A model generated the notes under the pieces. It did not search any database, was not told where the DNA came from, and saw nothing but the letters and a program-made list of their open reading frames with translations. DNA of 62,561 nt, the filler included, from Dugesia japonica (Eukaryota), in NCBI GenBank assembly GCA_001938525.1. It is 5 parts of 5 records of this genome, joined end to end, with 100 filler letters (N's around TTAATTAATTAA, not from the genome) between each part and the next. Parts side by side here need not be neighbours in the genome. Positions count along the whole stretch, not along the records: positions 37,431 to 50,207 come from MQRL01595758.1; positions 50,308 to 62,561 come from MQRL01602125.1; 3 more parts are not named here. One strand, 5' to 3'. The position numbers and the translations under genes are program-made. Below are positions 37,590 through 51,259 of this stretch, in pieces. Position 1 is the first letter of the stretch; each line of letters opens with the position of its first letter.

Positions 37590-38767
37590 ATTCTAAGTCC
37601 ATTGGTTTCCTATAAGGTTTAACATTGATTGGTTCACCACTTGTTATTATTATGTGTCTTGCTAGAATTGTGCGTCCTACATCCCATTTATCTGCCATAA
37701 AAGCATATTTTCGACTTTCAATTATTTTCAATAACCGTTGATCGTTTTTATTCTTCAAAGCATTTAAGGCTCTTGTCAATAGCTCTCCTTTTTTAATTTT
37801 TCTTCAAAATATCGTTTTAATATTGCAAATGTAATTTTCAACTTTTTTATCCGCTTTTCAATCAACCTTTTGCTTAAGCTGATATCGAAAGATTTTATGC
37901 ATATCTATTCCTTCTATCAGATCTGGTGTCACTCTTTCAGCAACTAAGAAAGTAATCTCTTTGCAAACTTCATCAATTATCACTCCAGTTCTAACTTTCC
38001 TAACAATTTCAAGTGTACTTTTATTTGCACAACTCAATCTTTCATCACTCATTTCGAAATGTACTTTTCATAATTTATTAAAAATACTCAAATTCATCAC
38101 ATTAATTCGAGCCACTGTATCTAATAGACATTTGACTTTATTTTCTTGAATTGATACCGTAAAGCTTGGTCTGCCTTGCAATTTATGGTACGAAATATTT
38201 GTTTTCTGTTTTGATTCAACTGTTTCAACATATTCTACTTTTCTATCATCCACAAAAAGTTTCCCTCTTTATGAACCTTAATACTTTTTCTGTAGCTTTA
38301 CCGATATCATAACAATTTTCAACACCTTGAGGATAATTACTGACTTTATTTAACAATATAGATGGCTTCAACCAACTCCCCTACTAATAAAACCTTCTAA
38401 TATAGCCAACTTTTCAGCAACCAACAAATTTTGTTGGTTTTTTATTTAGACAATCTCGACTTATATGTCCTTTTTATGACAAGTCCACACTCTACTACTT
38501 TTTTTAGTCAAACAATTTACTTTAGTGCGACCAGTCTGATAACAAAACCAACATTTGATATTTTGTTTTTCCTTTCTTTGACCCACATATCAATTTACTG
38601 TAAAATCTTAAACTTTCTGATAACTTTGACTTGTAACTCTTGCGTAACTACTAACTGCATCAACTTGAACTCTGTTTTCTCTACTCGATTTACAAACACC
38701 ATCGTTTTTTCAATTTCTTCTATATTTTGTTGTTTCCACAAAGTAACTTCTTCCTCAACTTTTTGTA
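37590..38767 (-). mobile_element. degenerate Ty3/Gypsy gag-protease-RT start
   Basis: Two CCHC-like knuckles (KCWFCYQTGRTKVNC; frameshifted ECWTCHKKGHISRDC), protease KVKCLLDTVARINVM, RT lead-in DVGRTILARHIIITSGEPINVKPYRKP. Confidence 0.9.
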
Positions 38768-40131
38768 GTCTTCCCCAATAAAATCGCGTTTAAAAATTTA
38801 ATTATTTTTGATTACTTAATCGACTATGGAATAATTTCATTGATTACGTAATCAATTTCATAAATTTACCAGTTTTATGATTCTCCTTTGCACAATATTC
38901 GTCCTATAAAAACACTATTGTTATCAATAGACGCGCAATGTTATGCATTTAAAATTTTAGTTGGATGGGAGGGGGATAAAAAGTTATTAAAGATACAAAT
39001 TTAAAAACACCACTATTTTGAAAGATTTCAGTTAGAGATTTTTACCAATCTTCCTAAAATAAAAAACTACCTGAAAAATAAACTAAATACTTGTGTCAAA
39101 AAATGCTCCGGTTCAGCACAAACGGTATGTTAGTATGATATCACCCCTGGTGACAACCGATTTGGATGAAAATTTATGGTTAGATAAAAATTAAAAAGGA
39201 AGATAGGAATATATTATAAAATCGTATCCTAAAATGCTTCCTTTCCACAGAATAAGGTTTTTTGTTTATATATTCAAGAAGATACATGATATCGCACAGC
39301 ACTTGATTTTGCAAGACGCGCAAAACATTGGCGGACAAATTTGCGTATGAAAATTCTCATGTGACATAATCATAAAAAGTTATTAAAAAAAGAAATTTTA
39401 AAAGGAGCACACAGCCGTCATTTTTAATTTTTACTCTTGTAAAATTTGATAAAGAATTAAAAACAATCTATACATTACATTAAAGACTACTATCGTAAAG
39501 TTGTTTGTTTCGATAAAATTTAGTTATCAAAAGCATAAAGTAGAACAAAAAGTTTTTTTATTTGAAATTTTTTTTATTTGAAATATTTTTGATACACTAC
39601 TAAAGATAAAAAATAAAGTCTGTTTAAATTAAAATTTATTTATTGACATAAATTTGATAGATAGTGGCATGTTGTAACAGACTTTTTAAAATGTATGCTA
39701 TGATGACAAACTTGATATCATTGAAATTGTAATTAGATGACGGACAGCACTGTTATCTCAGAATTTCAATCTGACCTATTGGTAAGGCGTTATTAAAGAT
39801 TTNAAAATTTTAAAACTATGTACAGACACGAAACCATAATATATTTGAGAATAATGTGATACTAATCGATAGAGAACCAAAAACTACCTATGTATTGTCT
39901 AAAAAAGCCCATATCGAAAAATGCATGCTTTACAAGAAAATCAATACACAAAGAACTTTTATATTTTTTAAAAGTTTTTTTGTTATCATTTCACTATCAA
40001 ACAACTTTCGCTTGTATACAAGGCCCATTTGCTTTTGGTTACAAGGCCATTTTGTTTTCTTGTATGAAGTTCTAATAGATTACGTAATAAAAAATAATTA
40101 AGTTTTTAAACGCGATTTTATTGGGGAAGGA
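38768..40131. mobile_element. non-autonomous DNA transposon with ~50-bp TIRs, possible TA target duplication
   Basis: CTTCCCCAATAAAATCGCGTTTAAAAA at 38770 is inverted at 40103-40129; TA lies just outside both ends. Confidence 0.7.
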
Positions 40132-40767
40132 TACATTTTAAGATACAAATTTATGAGACATTCCTTTCTTATTTTTTTGTTTTCTACATAACCTGAAAGT
40201 TTTATTGCGATTGGTTGTCACTAGGGGAAGGGGTGAAGTCATACTGACATACCATTTGTGGTGAATTGAAGCCTTCGACACAAGTACTTTGTGTAATGTA
40301 TGGGTAGATTTTAACTTTACGACGAATGACACAAATTTTGATGCGATATCTTTCAAAATGGTGGTGTTTTTAAATTTAAATCTTTATTAACGTTTTAATG
40401 GCCCGCGTGACAAAACTGTTAAATCCATAATTATGCAAGTTCATTCTTTAGACACACGGTGAATCCGAACTCATAAAAAAACAGATTTTAATTCATATTG
40501 GTTAAAAACATTTATTGTAGAATTATAATAGATTCCTCAATCTTTGGATGTTAGTTTTATCGATTTGACATACTTGACCACAAGGCTAATTTTGTATACT
40601 AGATTATTCGTGAAAAATGTTCTTCTTTTGTTCTAATTTATTGTTGTACATAATAATTTTCTGTATTTTTTACCGGATAATATTTTGATTTTAATAAATT
40701 TAACAAAAACCTTTAAGAACTATAAAAAATTATAATAAATATAACAAAATTTGATTTGTTTACTTAC

Positions 40768-40989
40768 ACATGACGTAAAGATCATTCCATAATTGCAAAC
40801 AAAATATTCCATTCCAAATAGTTTTGCACAAATCGATGGAAAAACGGAAAAATACCCACCAATTAAGAAATTAATTATAGAAAACCATGCAGCAGCAAAA
40901 TATATTTTAAAATTATCAGGCAGATAATATAAGGCTGGTATCGTTCCAATGAAAATCGCATTTGTCAAGGTCATAATAATCATTATTTT
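40768..40989 (-). CDS. MFS transporter exon (oxalate:formate antiporter-like)
   Basis: ttctag|KIMIIMTLTNAIFIGTIPAL...FLIGGYFSVFPSICAKLFGMEYFVCNYGMIFTSC|gtaagt. Confidence 0.88.
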
Positions 40990-41037
40990 CTAGAAATATA
41001 TTGATAGATTTAGATAAATTTAGAAGAAATGTGTTAC

Positions 41038-41157
41038 TTTAAATTGAATTTTGTCAAATAAATTTCCCCAAAATATTCTCCCAAGGCAGTTGAAAACTGA
41101 CGTAATAATTGAAATAATCGTTAAATTATTTTTGAAAGGTATTTTGGTTATATAATT
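41038..41157 (-). CDS. MFS transporter exon
   Basis: tttcag|NYITK...SVFNCLGRIFWGNLFDKIQFK|gtaaca (MFS G-x3-D-K loop motif); 48-nt intron to the next exon, phase 0. Confidence 0.88.
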
Positions 41158-41362
41158 CTGAAAACACATTTATACTGAATGATAGCATAGAATCAAATAT
41201 ATATTTTAGTTTAACAATGAACAAATCAGTTTGAATAAGACATGTTTTTTAGAAATACTTTATGGTTAATATAAAAAGTTATATCAGTTATAAATTGATA
41301 TTTAAACGTTGTTTAAATATTATCAGTTTTGGCAATTTTTGAATTTTAATAAATGAATATTT

Positions 41363-43840
41363 ATGGCAACCACGTTACAGTAAATACGATGGCAAAGAAA
41401 GAAAAGATATGAAAGACAAAAATATTTTTCGAAATTACTGTCTTAAACTCAAGAGTTATTAATTCCAAAGCCGATTTTCTTTGATGGATCATCAGATACA
41501 GCTAAAGAGTGGCTTCAAACAACAAAAAAGTTAGCGCCGTTCAATCAGATGGATTTATTATTTGCTTTTGATATACTAATGCTCGACGATGTTAAGTAAT
41601 TGTGGTTGGAAAAAACAAAAGAAGTTGAGAAATTATCTAATGAAATTTGTGAATGTTGGTTTCAAGAATCATTTGTAATTTAGGAAATATTTGTTGATAA
41701 AGCGTCGACCTTGTCAAAAATAATGCAGAAACCAAAATAAAAATATCGAAATTTTGAAATTAGAGTTAGAATGTTAGTAATGAAGTATTTTGAAGTAAGA
41801 AGTCATTAGATGAAACAGCTACACGGTTTATAACTAATGGCATACGTATCGAAAAGTTGGAGGAATTATTTATCCTCCAACCAGAGATAACAGATATCCA
41901 ACGAAGAGAATTGGATAACTAAATTTAAAAACCTGATACCTAACTTTCTGTAAGTATGGTGAAAGAGAGTTATGCTGATTCATTAAAAAAAAATATATCC
42001 ACCCAAATTTGGAAACAATCACCCGAAGATAAGTGTTTAAAGGGACACAAATATTAGAGACCGGCAAAATCTACATTTCAAACAAAGCAAGCCCACATAT
42101 ATATACAAGGCCAGTACAATAATTTCACGCAGTATTCTTTGAAACGTTTAGCAAACAAACTATATTGTAAGGCTAAAGGGAAGATACCGCCGCGAAACAA
42201 ATTCCTAAAGACGAGCATGTTTTTGCTGTAGAAAAAGTAGCCATAAAAGGATGAATTACCCATTAAAAGAAAAATGCTTAGTTTGTGGAAAGGAAGGTCA
42301 TAGATTTTTGGATTGTTTATTAAATCGAGTAAAAGATTTTTCGGTGTCTAAAGTTTTGTGTATTGCAGAAGAGGATGATAATTGGTCCTGTACAAGGGAA
42401 TTGATAGATTATATACATGATGTCCATACAGACGATGGTGATATCAAAAATACGATTGACAACTCACTGCAATAATCGATAGTAAAACTAGAATTGTAAA
42501 AATAATTTTTGACAAAAAAAGTTATTTCAAAAAAAGATGGAGGTGCAGCACACGGGGATGCTGACAAACTTTTAAGAATAAGCAAAAGTTGGTGTTCACA
42601 ATGTCAGACGTCACATCAAGATGCCAAGGGAGAACGAGCTCGGGTTACAAAAAATCAATGCATTAGATAAAATATTTTTGAGAAATGTCGTATCAAATAA
42701 ATACGAAGAAATGATTTGGTACTAGAGAAATGATTGAATATTTATAAAACCGAAAAGGTGATAGTAAGCTATGGTGACGAAAAGTAACTGCTTTTCAAAA
42801 ATGAATAAATTTGAGATGAATAATGAGCTGTGAAAATAATAAAATAACAAAAAGAAAATAGGATTTGCAGGGCAATCGATACTCGAACTTTATAATTTTA
42901 TTCACGCGGAATTATATCACGAGGGAAGTCAAAATCTGACAGAATATTTAAATGTTTGTTATTTTTGGCCAAATATGAAACAGATTGTAGAACACCAATT
43001 AAAAAGATTTATGATAGAAAGACATGCACTGGTAGAATGAAAGAGTGTCTGATTCCAAGAACAGAGTTTGGGCCTTTAGAACAGGTTGTGATTGATATTG
43101 CTCATTTTTCTGAAGCACAAACTAAGAGAAAGTATCTTCTCGTGATGTTTGACAGATTTGGTAAGTTAGTTTGTTTTGCAGCATTGAATAAACAGAATGA
43201 AAAGTAAGTTGTTGATGAGATACAATGAACAAGGGATATGTCGATTTGGGAAACAAAAGTTATTTTTAACTGATAGAGGAAAGATTTATGAAGGAAATTT
43301 AATGTAATCACTTGTGGATAAATTTGAGATAAAACAAGAGTTTACATTCTCATATCAACATCAATGAAATGGCTTATCAGAAAGAAGCATCAGAACTTTG
43401 AGAAATAAGATGGTAATAACGATAAAAATGGATGCTCGGAAGCAAGCTGGGACAAATTATTACCAAGAATACAATTTGCTATGGATGTGACGCAACATGA
43501 ATCAACTGGATTATCTCCTTTTGAAATCATTCCTGGAAGGTGATGTAATGGTAGTTTTTAATTTTAAGATGAGTGGTATAAATTTCGAACCGACATCGTT
43601 TAAAATGGCACCAATTTTAAATTTAAATCTTTAATACTTTTTAATTCTCTATCCGATGTTGTTAATCATGACCTTAAAAAAAGAAAGAAAATATCGATAT
43701 CGTTGGGAAAAAATCGATGATCTCCAAAACAAATTTGATAAAATATCAAAAATAAAAATAACGGGAAACCATCGACTCAAAAAATTTTTCTCGACAGGGG
43801 GGGGGATTGTGGCATGCTGACATTTCTCACTACTTTAGAT
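41363..43840 (+). mobile_element. internally deleted Ty3/Gypsy element in the MFS intron
   Basis: gag knuckle CLVCGKEGHRFLDC; RNase H end HGDADKL; integrase GPLEQVVIDIAHF..YLLVMFDRFGK, NGLSERSIRTL, WDKLLPRIQFA...HESTGLSPFEI; PPT at 43796 followed by TG. Confidence 0.9.
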
Positions 43841-44339
43841 GATTTTGGAGTACTTATCGATGCAATTAAAAAATCAACACTTTCAATTTCCAAAATTTAT
43901 TCAATTACAAGACAAACCAAAACACCGGAATATAATAATATCTTTTTCAAACAAATTTTAATTTATATTCAAAACGGAAATTTAAAAAAATACCAGTTTA
44001 TTTAAAAATCTCATTAATTCAGTTTTATTTTAAATTTTAATAAATAAAGTAAAAAATAAAATTAAAAATAAAATTTCAAATAAAAACAAAAGTTTAATAA
44101 TTTTACACATAACATTAAAATTATAAAAATTATAAAATGCTAATATACATTGTAAAATACAAATTTTTTATTTAATATAAATTATAAATTTAAGTTTGCT
44201 TTCTATAAATAAAATAAATTTTAAAATTCGTTTGGATTAAACTGTTAATTACATAAAAGTTTAAAATTTATTTTACAATTAATTTAATGTTTTAAATTAA
44301 TATTTAACAAATCTGATTTTGATAAATTCCGTTTCAAAA

Positions 44340-44830
44340 TTTAAAAAATTCAAATCTTCTTTTGAAAACAATCTTACATCTCTCTCTTTAAGAATTATTT
44401 TGATCTGCTCTAAGTTCCTTTTGAAATTTCTTTCGCTTGTGCCTTTTACAATGTACCATGTCTTCCATTATGTTTTCAGAAAATAACTCTTTATCTTTAC
44501 ATGTTACACGATTGTGATGTGTTTTTTATTCTGAATCTAATATTTTCTTAGCAGGCCTCTTACAAAATTCTGTTTTCTATTTTTCTGTCTCTTTTTCCGC
44601 TCTATATTCAGGTTTCTTTCATCTATCACATACAATTTCCATGCACAACCTTATGATGTCACCAAATGTACTGCAACTGAAACATTTTAGCGGTTTTCTA
44701 TCTGGGCAGTTTCTACTTGTATGTCCTTTCTCTGGGCAAGTCCAAAATTCTATCTAAGCATTCTTTGGAAACTCGTTTTTATAGGACCATAACTCTGGGT
44801 TATCCAGCAATTATATCTTATTCTTTTAGT
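44340..44830 (-). mobile_element. Gypsy gag remnant
   Basis: Decayed knuckles (WTCPEKGHTSRNCP; CFSCSTFGDI). Confidence 0.6.
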
Positions 44831-45601
44831 TACTTCCAGGAATTTGTCCCCCTGTGTACGGCTCCTTCTTCATATGCGACTCCCTTGTAACTCTTTATTA
44901 CTTTAATAGTTTCTCTTATTTCTAGTAGAGGGATACTGGCGCACTGTACTAACACACAAACAACCCCCTTAAGGATAAGTAATGTAACAAAACTTAATGC
45001 ATGTGTTTTTGTTAGGAATTTAGAAAATGACATCATATTAGGTAATATTACGAAATGGGATTAATTGGTGTAGAACCTTTCCTATGTTTATAGTTGGGAA
45101 AATATTTTGCACAAAAATTATGTTATTAGATTAATTTCATCCTAAAATTTCAAATAAACACTTGCAATTCAAAAACTTCTTTAAAATTGTAGTTGACTCT
45201 CTGATTGTTTGCTTCCAAAATTGCTCTATGCAATTTTTTTTTCATGTTATTAATTTAAACCAATTATTATATTTATTAAAAAACTATTTTACAATATTTT
45301 TAATTATTTCAAATAAAAAATTTCCTCAATTAAATTTATATTTAGATTGTAGAAATTTTCAAATTAAAAATTTGTATTAAAACGTTTTACTCTAAACATT
45401 TACATTTAAAACCTTTTGTAATTAAACATGTTATTTTAAAAATCTCTACAATTAAAATTTACATTTACATTTATAAAATTATTTTTATAAACATTGAATT
45501 TAATAAAAACCTTTACAATTATAATTTTTGAAATATATTAAAACATTAAAAAATTTACTCTTTTCTAAAAATACCTAATAGAAATAACGTTTATTTTTAC
45601 T

Positions 45602-46079
45602 CAGGGCTTTGGAGCAGTCCAATTTTCATGGTGCTCCGCTCCAGCCTCACTCCGGCACTACACTCCTGCTCCAGCTCCACTCCATGCTACAAGGAAAATT
45701 TATAAAAATTACAAAGCTTCAAAAGTTGAAAGAAAAGAAAGTTTTTTTACTGTAAATTAACTAAATAAACTTTATTTCTAGTTGTTACATAGCTTTAGCT
45801 TTCAAATTTTGCGATGAACTTAGTAAAACCCTATACCGTGTATCGAAATAAACTCCAGCAAGAAATGCATGTATATGTATGTATGACATACATTGTATGT
45901 ACTAATTTAGTATATATACTTTAGTACGTTTAGTAAGTTTATTACATAATGTATTTTTTCATAGACTGTAGCAGTGGAGCAATCATTAGTATTGTGCTCC
46001 GATCTCCGCTCCAGCTCCGGCCAAAACCTTGTGCTCTGAAACTCTGCGTTCCAGCTCCGGGGTCCGCTCCAAAGCCCTG
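45602..46079. mobile_element. hAT-type MITE with 8-bp TSD
   Basis: TIR CAGGGCTTTGGAGC / GCTCCAAAGCCCTG; TTTTTACT on both flanks (45594-45601, 46080-46087); subterminal GCTCC repeats. Confidence 0.92.
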
Positions 46080-46498
46080 TTTTTACTATTAAAATTAATA
46101 AAAATTAAAATTAGTATTAACATTTATAACTTGGGTGCTACAAAATAAAACAAATGAAATAAATTATGATATGTATGTATAACATTGAGATATGAACAAC
46201 TGTAAAAATGAAAATTTTGATTACTTGTTTAAATGTATAATAATTTTCTTGTGGATTCACTGTCCGATCAGACACTGATTATATGAAAATAACATTAAAC
46301 TTTATTATTAAATGAAGTTTTTATTCATTTTTCACATAATTATTAATAAATAAAAATAATCGCATTGATAATACTATAAACTATTTAAAATTTGTTTATT
46401 ATTTTACCTATAATTTAACAAAAGATAACGAGCGAACCGAATTTAAAACAAAAAAACCAAATAAATAAATAATAGAATTTAGAAAAGCACTTACTTAC

Positions 46499-46604
46499 AT
46501 TATATAATGATGCTATAATAGTATCGTCCGCACTGTTCAAAAACATGAGAAACCACAAATTCCAAAAGTCATATTCAAATATTAATTGATGTGGTTTAAA
46601 TTGC
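46499..46604 (-). CDS. MFS transporter exon (upstream)
   Basis: caaag|..QFKPHQLIFEYDFWNLWFLMFLNSADDTIIASLYN|gtaagt; the phase-0 end fits exon 41038-41157; resembles the start of the second MFS half. Confidence 0.75.
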
Positions 46605-49129
46605 CTTTGATGAAAAAAAATAGAAAAACAATTCAATAATTAATTAAAGTTTTGAAATATAAATGATTTATTTTATAAAAATAAAATAATAACTCTATGA
46701 AATCTGTGATGATGAGTACATTAGAGAGTTGAAAGTAACTGTGCACACATACACAAAATTATTGTTTCACCTAGTCAAAATAGTTGATCACCTTGAAGAA
46801 TTTAATATAGTGTCGCTAATCTAACTGTTCGGGAAAGAGCCGGTGAAGTTGAAATTCGTAATCTGAGTGCACTCTGGTTTTCTTTTAGTTAAGGTTTACT
46901 TTGTAATTCGTCAAAACACACACTTCCATGCATCAGTGACTCATTTACAAATGAAGATGGTTCTAAATCGATTCTGTAATATTTTTTATATCCATTTATT
47001 TGTTGTTGTATTTAATAAGGTCTTTATTATACATCATGTGCAGTTTGTACAACAACCTGGCCATTCATGCTAATAAAATCAAGTTTCTCACATGTTGAAA
47101 TTTAGAACCGTGAATCTAAGACACCAGTATTTAGTTTTGGATTATTAATGATTAAACATTTTAATTAATTCAAATCAAATGTTAAAAAAAACATAAATCA
47201 CATCAAGTTAAATACTTCAACATTTACATTAATTTTATTTATTTTATATAAATATTGTGTCGAACTGTTGTTTTTAACAATACATAAAATATTGTAAAAA
47301 TAACAAAATCTAACCTTGACTGTTTATAAAACACATTATCGTGGTTTTCTGAATTGAATGAAAAATAATTTACTGGAGATTCCTCTGATTCTAGCAACTA
47401 AATATTTATTAGTAATTAGTGAATTCAATAAAATTGGTAATTTAAAAATATTAATTAAATAAATTAGAATTTGAAAATTAAATTAATAGCCAGGTTCTTT
47501 ATCTAATCTTAAAATAAGAATATTTATTTGAGTAAACACTTAAACTTGTTGCAATGTGAAATATATTGATGATATAATGTGTTTGGTTGGTTAAATAATT
47601 ATAAAATATTTTTCATTCGAGTTCATATGGGTTTATCATAATGGTACTCTATTACTCATAAAATCCGCAAATTGTTCACTCAGTCAAGCCAAATAATTTA
47701 GTCCATTATTCACATTAATCAACTTAAATAAAAATCCTTCAAAACTAGAAATTCTAATTTTAAAACAAGTAATTAACCTGTTCATCTGACTACATAATCC
47801 ATTCACTTTATACATTTGACTACTCATTTTAATAAATATGAAGAAAAAGCTTCGATCAAAATAAAATGTATTTGTAAAGAAATTCAAAAAGTCTTCTTCA
47901 GGAACGTGTATGCACTAAGTTCCATAAATTTTATTGGATTTTCATAAACCATCCTATTGAAACATTAAATATCATGAATTAGGCTCCTGATTTTATGAAA
48001 CATGTTAATATGATGAACAAGGACTCTAATTATTCAAATTATGCTCCAAAATTTTGAATTAATTGACAAATTTATTGAAACCAGGTAGGGTTTGTCGATT
48101 TTATTTGATGTTCACTTTTTATTTAAATAATTATTTTTAATAATGTATGGTTTTTCTATAATTTAACTTGTGAAATTTGAATTTAATTGACTTAAATTAT
48201 GATTTTGTTGCTTCACTTACGAATAATTTGCCGAATTTTACTTAATGTTAAATGAAATTTAGTATGATTAATTCAATATATACGGTTAATTTATTACAGT
48301 TTTAATGTTTTGAATTTAAATTTCATATGATGACTTATAAAATTATGTGTTGACTTTAAACCTTTGTTCTCTGAGAAGCGATTTATATTAATCACCTGTT
48401 TTACTATTTATTTTAACAGGGATAAGGTTTGAAAATTTTTAACAGTGTTTTTCATACTCGTAAAATTCTCTATTAAATATATATTTTGATGGTAAAAATC
48501 AAATATCAAATATAAAACCAATTAAAATATATCTTGGTCTATAAGCTAAATTTGCTAAATTTAACAGTATAGGTTGATCTTTAACCCATATAAATAACAG
48601 AACAAATTCTATTTAAATAATTTGCATATATAGATTTATTTGTATTTAATCTTTCTAATAGACTTACTTCTGATCTTGGATTAAGCATCCCCTCATGTAT
48701 ATGTAATTCTATCGTTGTTAACTTTAATTTTGCTGTTAATTTGTCTGCTCCATATAAAAGAAGTTTGTCTTCTACTTGTCTNNNNNNNNNNNNNNNNNNN
48801 NNNNNNNNNNNNNNNNNNNNNNNNNNNNNNNTTGTCTTCTACTTGTCTATTGCATATTAATTCGATAAATACATTATGTATAACTCTATCATAATTCTGT
48901 AGAAATCCAAATATATATATCACTGGACTATATATCCAATAAAAATATTTCAAATATAATTATTAACGTTAGGTAATTCTTCAATTGATAATTTATCTTC
49001 AAAATCAGAGAAATTAATTTCAGACATTTAATTTCAAAATCACAAAGAAATATTTTAAATATATATAAAATAGAAACTAAAAAATCATTTAACTTAATTT
49101 CAACAAATTCTATTGGTTGAAATTTTTTA

Positions 49130-50205
49130 CTTATTTTTTAATATTTCTTTATATCCTCCTTCTTAATAACTTTCTAAGCTTTCTTATTTCTCTGTAATCT
49201 CTTGCCATTTTCTCATTGCACTGCATACCGTCTTTCGTGAATTTTCTCAATTATTCGATAAGGGCTTTCACATTTGTCTTTGCTTTTATTTCTTGTTTCT
49301 ATCTTAATGAGAACATAATCTGCTACTTTGAAATCTCCATTTGTAGTCACTTTTGTTTTCTTAAGTGATTCCTAACTTTCTATGCTAATTTTCTTTCAAA
49401 TTAAAATCTCAACGGGCTCTTTTCAGTTGTCTTCTGCTTTGTTTTGTTCATTGTCAATTCAATTTTCTACTAAAAATGTCTGCCTAATCTATTGTTTTAA
49501 TCTCCTGAAGTGTTACATTAATTAAATCTTTAATTGTCCTGAACTATCTATTTATTTTTTCGTTTGTAGTTTAATGATATGGACTCGAAAAGTACGGCTA
49601 AATGTCTAACTTCTGTACCAACTTTCTCATAAGTCTGGATTCAAAGGCTTTGCAACAATCTAGCCTTATTTCTCTTGAACATCCAAATCTCAATATCTAA
49701 CATATCTGCATTACCATGTTGAATTCGTTTTCTATATTCTAAAACCATGTCTTAACTACTCAGATAATTAATCCATTTCCGGAATTGTGACGCAATTGGT
49801 TTCGTCGTCGTCATCACGAAAGTGCATCTTTCTACAACCAAAACTTTTTGTTGTTTTCTATCTAGACAAACTTAACTTATATGTCCTTTTTATAATAATT
49901 CCAATATTCTACTACTTTTTTTGTTGGACAATTTGCTTTAGTATGACCAATCTTATGGAATAGCTAATATTCAATATTTCACTTTTCTTTTATTTGGTCT
50001 GTACTGTATGATTTACAGGTTTCTGATAATTTCGACATGTAACTCTCGCGTTACGTCTAACTGCACCAACTTCCGACATTTTTCTCGTTTTCTTTACGCA
50101 ATCTACTAACACTATTGTTTCTTCATTATCGTCTATATTCTGCTCTTTCCAAAAGTTCACTTCTTATTCAACTTTTTTGCTATCTGAACAATATACTAGC
50201 ATCTT
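49130..50205 (-). mobile_element. degenerate Gypsy element (gag joined to the end of RNase H)
   Basis: 49830-50175 is homologous to gag at 38410-38765; PIASQFRKWINYLSS*DMVLEYRKRIQHGNADML marks the RNase H end. Confidence 0.8.
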
Positions 50206-50599
50206 TGNNNNNNNNNNNNNNNNNNNNNNNNNNNNNNNNNNNNNNNNNNNNTTAATTAATTAANNNNNNNNNNNNNNNNNNNNNNNNNNNNNNNNNNNNN
50301 NNNNNNNAATGCATTTGGGACCACAAAAACTTTGTCTTAGTTTCTGTAATTGGATGCCCAAAGGTGCTTGCGTTTTAAATAAATGTTTTACATGGTTTCA
50401 TAGTACTTTAACATGATTTTCTATTATTTTCAATGGTTCCTATAAATATTCGTCTTGAAATGTTGAATAATAATTATAATAATATTACTCATGTAAATTA
50501 AAATAATAATTTTAATAATATTATTGATGTATTCATTAATTATTCGATAAAGTCCTTAAAGCCAGTATAAAGTCCCAATAAAACAATTTTGAACATATT

Positions 50600-51080
50600 A
50601 TAACATCATATAAAATACCATTATAAAACCCTTATAAATCTCTTATAAAACCACAATAAATCCTCTGAAAATCATAAAAACACCATAAGTCATAAAAATT
50701 GCCGAAAAATCACAATAAAATTCATGAAACATCCATGAATCTTTACATTATATGAAACCCCATAAACCCCTAAAAATTCCATGAAATCTCTATGAATCCT
50801 TAAATTTCATGAAGACCCAGAATAGCCTTCAAATCCACGAAAGACCTCATAATTTCCTTCAGAATTACCAAAAAATATCAATAAATCACATAAAAATCTC
50901 CATGATTACTTAAATTTCATGAAAACTCTCATTAACCCTTAATTTTCATTAAAAACCCACAAATCTCTGAAAATTAACAAAATCCCCAAAACCACTAAAA
51001 ATTGTCGAAAATCACATATACCCATTAAAATTCACAAAATCCCCTTAAATTTCATGAAAACCATGTATCAAACCATTAAA
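50600..51080. repeat. degenerate low-complexity tandem array
   Basis: Recurring TTAAATTTCATGAAA.CCC / AAATC.CA.TAAA units. Confidence 0.6.
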
Positions 51081-51259
51081 ATTATTTCAAGGCGTAATTA
51101 TTTCCAGGGGAAATTATGTCTGCACCCCATTATGTTCATTAAAAAATCGTTCTCTAAATTGCCTTAAATAATGATCATGAGCCCTTACTAGCTTATCAGA
51201 TTCAAATTCTTTTTCACAATAACATTCTGATTTTTCTTCTGTTAAAGGAGGGACTAATT

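Noticed and set aside
48860-49020. Possible further MFS exon
   Set aside because: No clean splice sites or open frame with transporter similarity.
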